NCBI GenBank assembly: GCA_965205425.1
Contig: CBDBGZ010000009.1
Span: 992,001-1,056,000 of the forward strand
Source of the DNA: Nitrosopumilus sp.
Lineage (GTDB): Archaea; Thermoproteota; Nitrososphaeria; Nitrososphaerales; Nitrosopumilaceae
DNA: 64,000 nucleotides
Direction: 5' to 3'
Positions within the stretch are counted from its first letter, which is position 1. Each line of letters begins with the position of its first letter. A program made the translations under genes and the position numbers. The notes beneath the pieces are model-generated. The model was not told where the DNA came from and searched no databases. It saw only the letters and a list, made by a program, of their open reading frames with translations. Shown piece by piece: positions 60,451 to 64,000 of the stretch.

Positions 60451-61659
60451 ATGAATCATGGTTTCTCTCTTGTGCGATGTCACATGCTCTCCAAATATTC
60501 TTTTGAATACAGAGAATACTCCCTCTACAATCCATCTATCCCCATAGCTTACGCTGAGCTTCCATAGATCCAAGTTATACAATTGTGCCAAAACGGACTT
60601 TCTCCGAGGATAACAATCAGTTACAACTGATGAGTTTTTTCTTGTTTTAATTGCAGGTAGAATATCATTATCATAATACAGATATGAAAAATTATCCTTT
60701 GTATCATATGCACCATCAGCCAAAGTTTTAGTGACATTGCCAAACTGTTTTGATTGCTCAACTAGCGATATGAAATGTTTTGAATCATGTGACTTGTCAT
60801 CTGTAATATCAATCCCTGTGATCTGTTTAGATTTCACATCTACTGCCACATGAATTTTAAGAAATCCTCTTCTCTTCTGCCATTTCTGTCTCATCCACTC
60901 ACCTCTGTTTGCAACCTTGATTCCAGTTGAGTCTATTGCAATGACAATGTCTTTTCCTAGTTTTGGATTCATCTTGATGTCAAGTTTGTTGACACGTTTC
61001 CAAATGGCAGAATATGTGGGAGTCTTTGTTTTGGATTGGAGGTGTGATTTTATCAGACCTTCTGTTTGTCTGAATGGAAGATGCAAATAGAGATGACAGT
61101 ATCCTAGTGCCTCCATGAAGGATTCAGGATAGACAAATCGATGACCTTCCTTTTTGTGATTCATCTCTTTTAGTTCCATACTCCATGATTCCATTGCGTC
61201 AAAGGACAACATGATTTCTCCACGTCTAACTAGTGTTTTGTTGTAATTTTTCCAGTTTCTGTTCATGGAATAATACAGAATATTCTGATCTAAAGCTTGG
61301 GTGATGAAATTAATTGGATCAACTAGTCATGTTGGGAAACACAGCAAGGTATATCATAAACAATGCTGGGATTCTATGCGTTACTGATATTCAAAAAATA
61401 AAAAATAAAATCTTACTATTTCTGTGTAATTAGTTTTGAAAATAATACATCCTTGTATAGCGAAAAGATAAAGTTCGTGAACTAAAAATCATCAAAAAAC
61501 TAGAGATTAGATGATTTTACCTAAGGTAAATACGAATAAACAATCTGAAACACCTTGAAAATAGTTCATGAACATATGCTTCTCGCTATATAACTAAAAA
61601 TGTTTGAAATGGATGTTTTATCAGTATATGTTATTAACTGACATTGATTTTTTATAATA

Positions 61660-63324
61660 TTGCATCTTATACTGTTAGTTTTTGTAGTGCTGATTGTATT
61701 TTTTTCTGTGTTTTCAATTTTTGATGTGGATGCAAGATGTTCAGATAACTATCCGTGCAGAGGTTCTACACAAACTCCACTAGCAGTAGATTATTGGAAA
61801 CAGTCAGATACTGTAGTTCTCGGAAAAGTCATCTCAAAATTATATGGTTCTAATGCATTTGATAACTTTGATCATAACAATTACAAAAATCCCTGTAATT
61901 TAGATGATAAATCAAAATATGTAGAACCTTTCAAGGTACGAATAGAAGTTGAAAAAAGTTACAAGGGTATGGTATTTTTCAAGTATCTTGATGTTTATGG
62001 AACAAAAATAATTGATGAAAGACAATTCTCTAAAGGATATGTGATAAATCCTGAGATTGGAGAACAAGTTCTTTTGTATATGAATCATCATGAATCAATC
62101 CCTTTTGGCAGTTGTGATTTAAAAAATATCTACAAAGTACATTCCACACAAGGCTCTATTTGGAAATGGAATTTTGATGACTACAAACCAGATATTTATC
62201 CCGGAGATGTAAAAATCCCTCCATTTGAAGAACAGTTATTGCATTATGATGTATCTGATCATTATCAAAATTATACACACGTTAGTATTTTTAATTATGA
62301 AAGATTAGTTTGTCCATTGGGTGAAGAATTAATGTTCAAGAGTGTGAACCCTAACGATGTACCTTTTTGCATTAATTACAAGGATGCACCTAGACTAGAA
62401 CAAATAGGATTTGCATTTCGTGTACATGACTGGAATAGTTGGAATACGTTTGGTGAGAATTTTTATGATGAATCAAAAAAATATTCATATATCAAACCAT
62501 TTAATTTTCCAAAAGATCTTATAATGAAATATGATTCATACCCAATTAATGAAAAATTAAAAAAGATTTTATCAAAAATAACAATACGTTCAGATGAGAC
62601 AAAACAATTTGAAAAATTAAAAAATATAGATGACATGCAGATATCTTCTTTCAATTCATCTATTATGATAATGCCTGATGGTTTATTGCATGTACCATTA
62701 GATAATTATAAAGATCATAGGTTTTTTATAGATGAATTTTTTAATGAACAAAAACCTTTGTTTGGTTATGAAAAATATTTTCCTAAACAAATTCCATCAG
62801 GATATGAATTAAAGTTCATAAAGCCTGCCCAATATCTTTATGAAGATGTAATTGCAGTATATGCCCCAATTTCTGCGAACATTGAAACATCTGATAGTTT
62901 TACTGATATTTTTCAACAAAATGGAATAGTTTTTAGATTTACAGACGATGGTGACTATTTTGAACATCTTCAAAAACTTGATCAATTATGGGGTGATGCA
63001 TTTCCTGAAATCCCTTCACAGTATGGGGTTTCAGGAGTATATGACAAAGAATCAATTGGGTTTGATCCTGCCAGTACTCCGTGGCCAAATATGAAAATTG
63101 ATTATAATCCAAATACAGTTTATGTTGAATTTCCAAATAAAATCATGGTAAAAATAGAATCATTTGGAGTGGATACCTTTGCTCTGATGGATATGATGAA
63201 CATCGATAATTCATTCAAAGTGAATTTACATGATACAATCTCGTTACAGGACAATTCTAAAGCATTGGTTTTAGATGGTATAGCGACGATCAAAAGTTCG
63301 CAAACATCTTTGCAGGATTTCTAA
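61660..63324 (+). CDS. Secreted multidomain protein with TIMP/NTR-like N-terminal domain; 3' end probably truncated by IS630
   Basis: Signal peptide, CSDNYPC...WKQSDTVVLGKV, VEKSYKG; internal CPLG...PFC module; last ~14 codons read into the IS. Confidence 0.6.
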   Translation: MHLILLVFVVLIVFFSVFSIFDVDARCSDNYPCRGSTQTPLAVDYWKQSDTVVLGKVISKLYGSNAFDNFDHNNYKNPCNLDDKSKYVEPFKVRIEVEKSYKGMVFFKYLDVYGTKIIDERQFSKGYVINPEIGEQVLLYMNHHESIPFGSCDLKNIYKVHSTQGSIWKWNFDDYKPDIYPGDVKIPPFEEQLLHYDVSDHYQNYTHVSIFNYERLVCPLGEELMFKSVNPNDVPFCINYKDAPRLEQIGFAFRVHDWNSWNTFGENFYDESKKYSYIKPFNFPKDLIMKYDSYPINEKLKKILSKITIRSDETKQFEKLKNIDDMQISSFNSSIMIMPDGLLHVPLDNYKDHRFFIDEFFNEQKPLFGYEKYFPKQIPSGYELKFIKPAQYLYEDVIAVYAPISANIETSDSFTDIFQQNGIVFRFTDDGDYFEHLQKLDQLWGDAFPEIPSQYGVSGVYDKESIGFDPASTPWPNMKIDYNPNTVYVEFPNKIMVKIESFGVDTFALMDMMNIDNSFKVNLHDTISLQDNSKALVLDGIATIKSSQTSLQDF

Positions 63325-64000
63325 AGATATAATTTGCAACATCAAGCTTGAATTTTGTCACTCTGAAATATTCGGACACTGCCTTGTTCATCATTGTAAA
63401 CATTGCATAATACTCTGAAACCAACAATGCATATTTGCTTATCTTCCAGCACTGCTCTATCATGTTCAAGTATGGTGATCCCTTTGGCAACCAGATTAAT
63501 TTGACATCTCTATTATTTGCAAGGTATTTCTTTACCTTCTTTGATTTGTGAACTGATGCTCTATCTAAAATGATTACAATCTTGCCGTATTTCTGATGCA
63601 ATTCCTTTAGGTACTCTACAAATGTCACAGCGTTGAATTTGTCATAAACTCTGAATAGTTGATTACCATTTTCTGTAATTGTACCATACACTGCCAGACT
63701 CTCATGTCGTCCTGTATATGGAAGAAATATTCTCTTTGCAACTGGTGACCAGTACTTTTTTCCTGTTTTTGTATCCCTTACAAAGAATGCTTCATCAGCC
63801 ATTGCAATTACAAATCCTTTCTTTTTTAGGCGTGAAATTCTCTTTTTGGTGCGTTGCTGCCAGCTTCTCACAGCAGATATACTTGCATGGTTGATGTGAT
63901 ATTTTTGTGCAGTTTTTGCAGACATGCCGTATTGGTGCATTATCTTTCTGATGTGGGTTATGTGAAATTTTACTCCAGTGGAATAAAAGATACTTTGTTG
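63281..64000 (-). mobile_element. Second IS630-family element (runs past window end)
   Basis: Transposase frame 63290 to >64000 with ADEA, LDRASVH, SPYLNMIE; end inferred at TA-TAGCGACGATC. Confidence 0.85.

Larger units (their letters stand above)
59252..61266 (-). pseudogene. IS5-family transposase split by IS630
   Basis: YNKTLVRRGEI, IDSTGIKV, ADGAYD, YGDRWIVEGVFS; the last codons (ELKMKVCLYNKMIAMQ*) lie at 59252-59302. Confidence 0.85.
59190..61344 (-). mobile_element. IS5-family (IS903-like) element interrupted by IS630
   Basis: TIR CTTTGTTTCCCAAC / GTTGGGAAACACAG (13/14 match); no TSD seen. Confidence 0.8.

Overview
Low-GC archaeal DNA from an ammonia-oxidising thaumarchaeote (Nitrosopumilus-like), judged from its gene content. 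Positions 1-49.7 kb are mostly core genome: two 3HP/4HB-cycle enzymes, dnaG, ribK/ribL, dph5, a LysW-dependent Lys/Arg cluster with two lysW genes (one ending EDWGE, the other EDWGQ), an ABC transporter, split metH, ribosomal proteins, nirK, nurA-herA-mre11-rad50, nadX/nadA/nadC and rpoE'/spt4. One IS481 is inserted at 3.4-4.5 kb. From about 49.85 kb to the end is an accessory island. It holds a non-canonical long-variable-arm tRNA with anticodon ACC and IS elements of the IS5-like, ISH3-like and IS630 types, one nested in another. It also holds a ~5.4-kb structural module of a tailless, membrane-containing icosahedral virus: an STIV-like double-jelly-roll capsid gene cut at its 5' end, paralogous penton and spike genes, and small membrane proteins. 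This viral block lies between an ISH3-like IS and a 172-bp MITE with the same ends, and the outer flanks nearly duplicate (TACATC/TACATT), suggesting a composite transposon. All calls come from motif recognition and alignment by eye; no database search was run.
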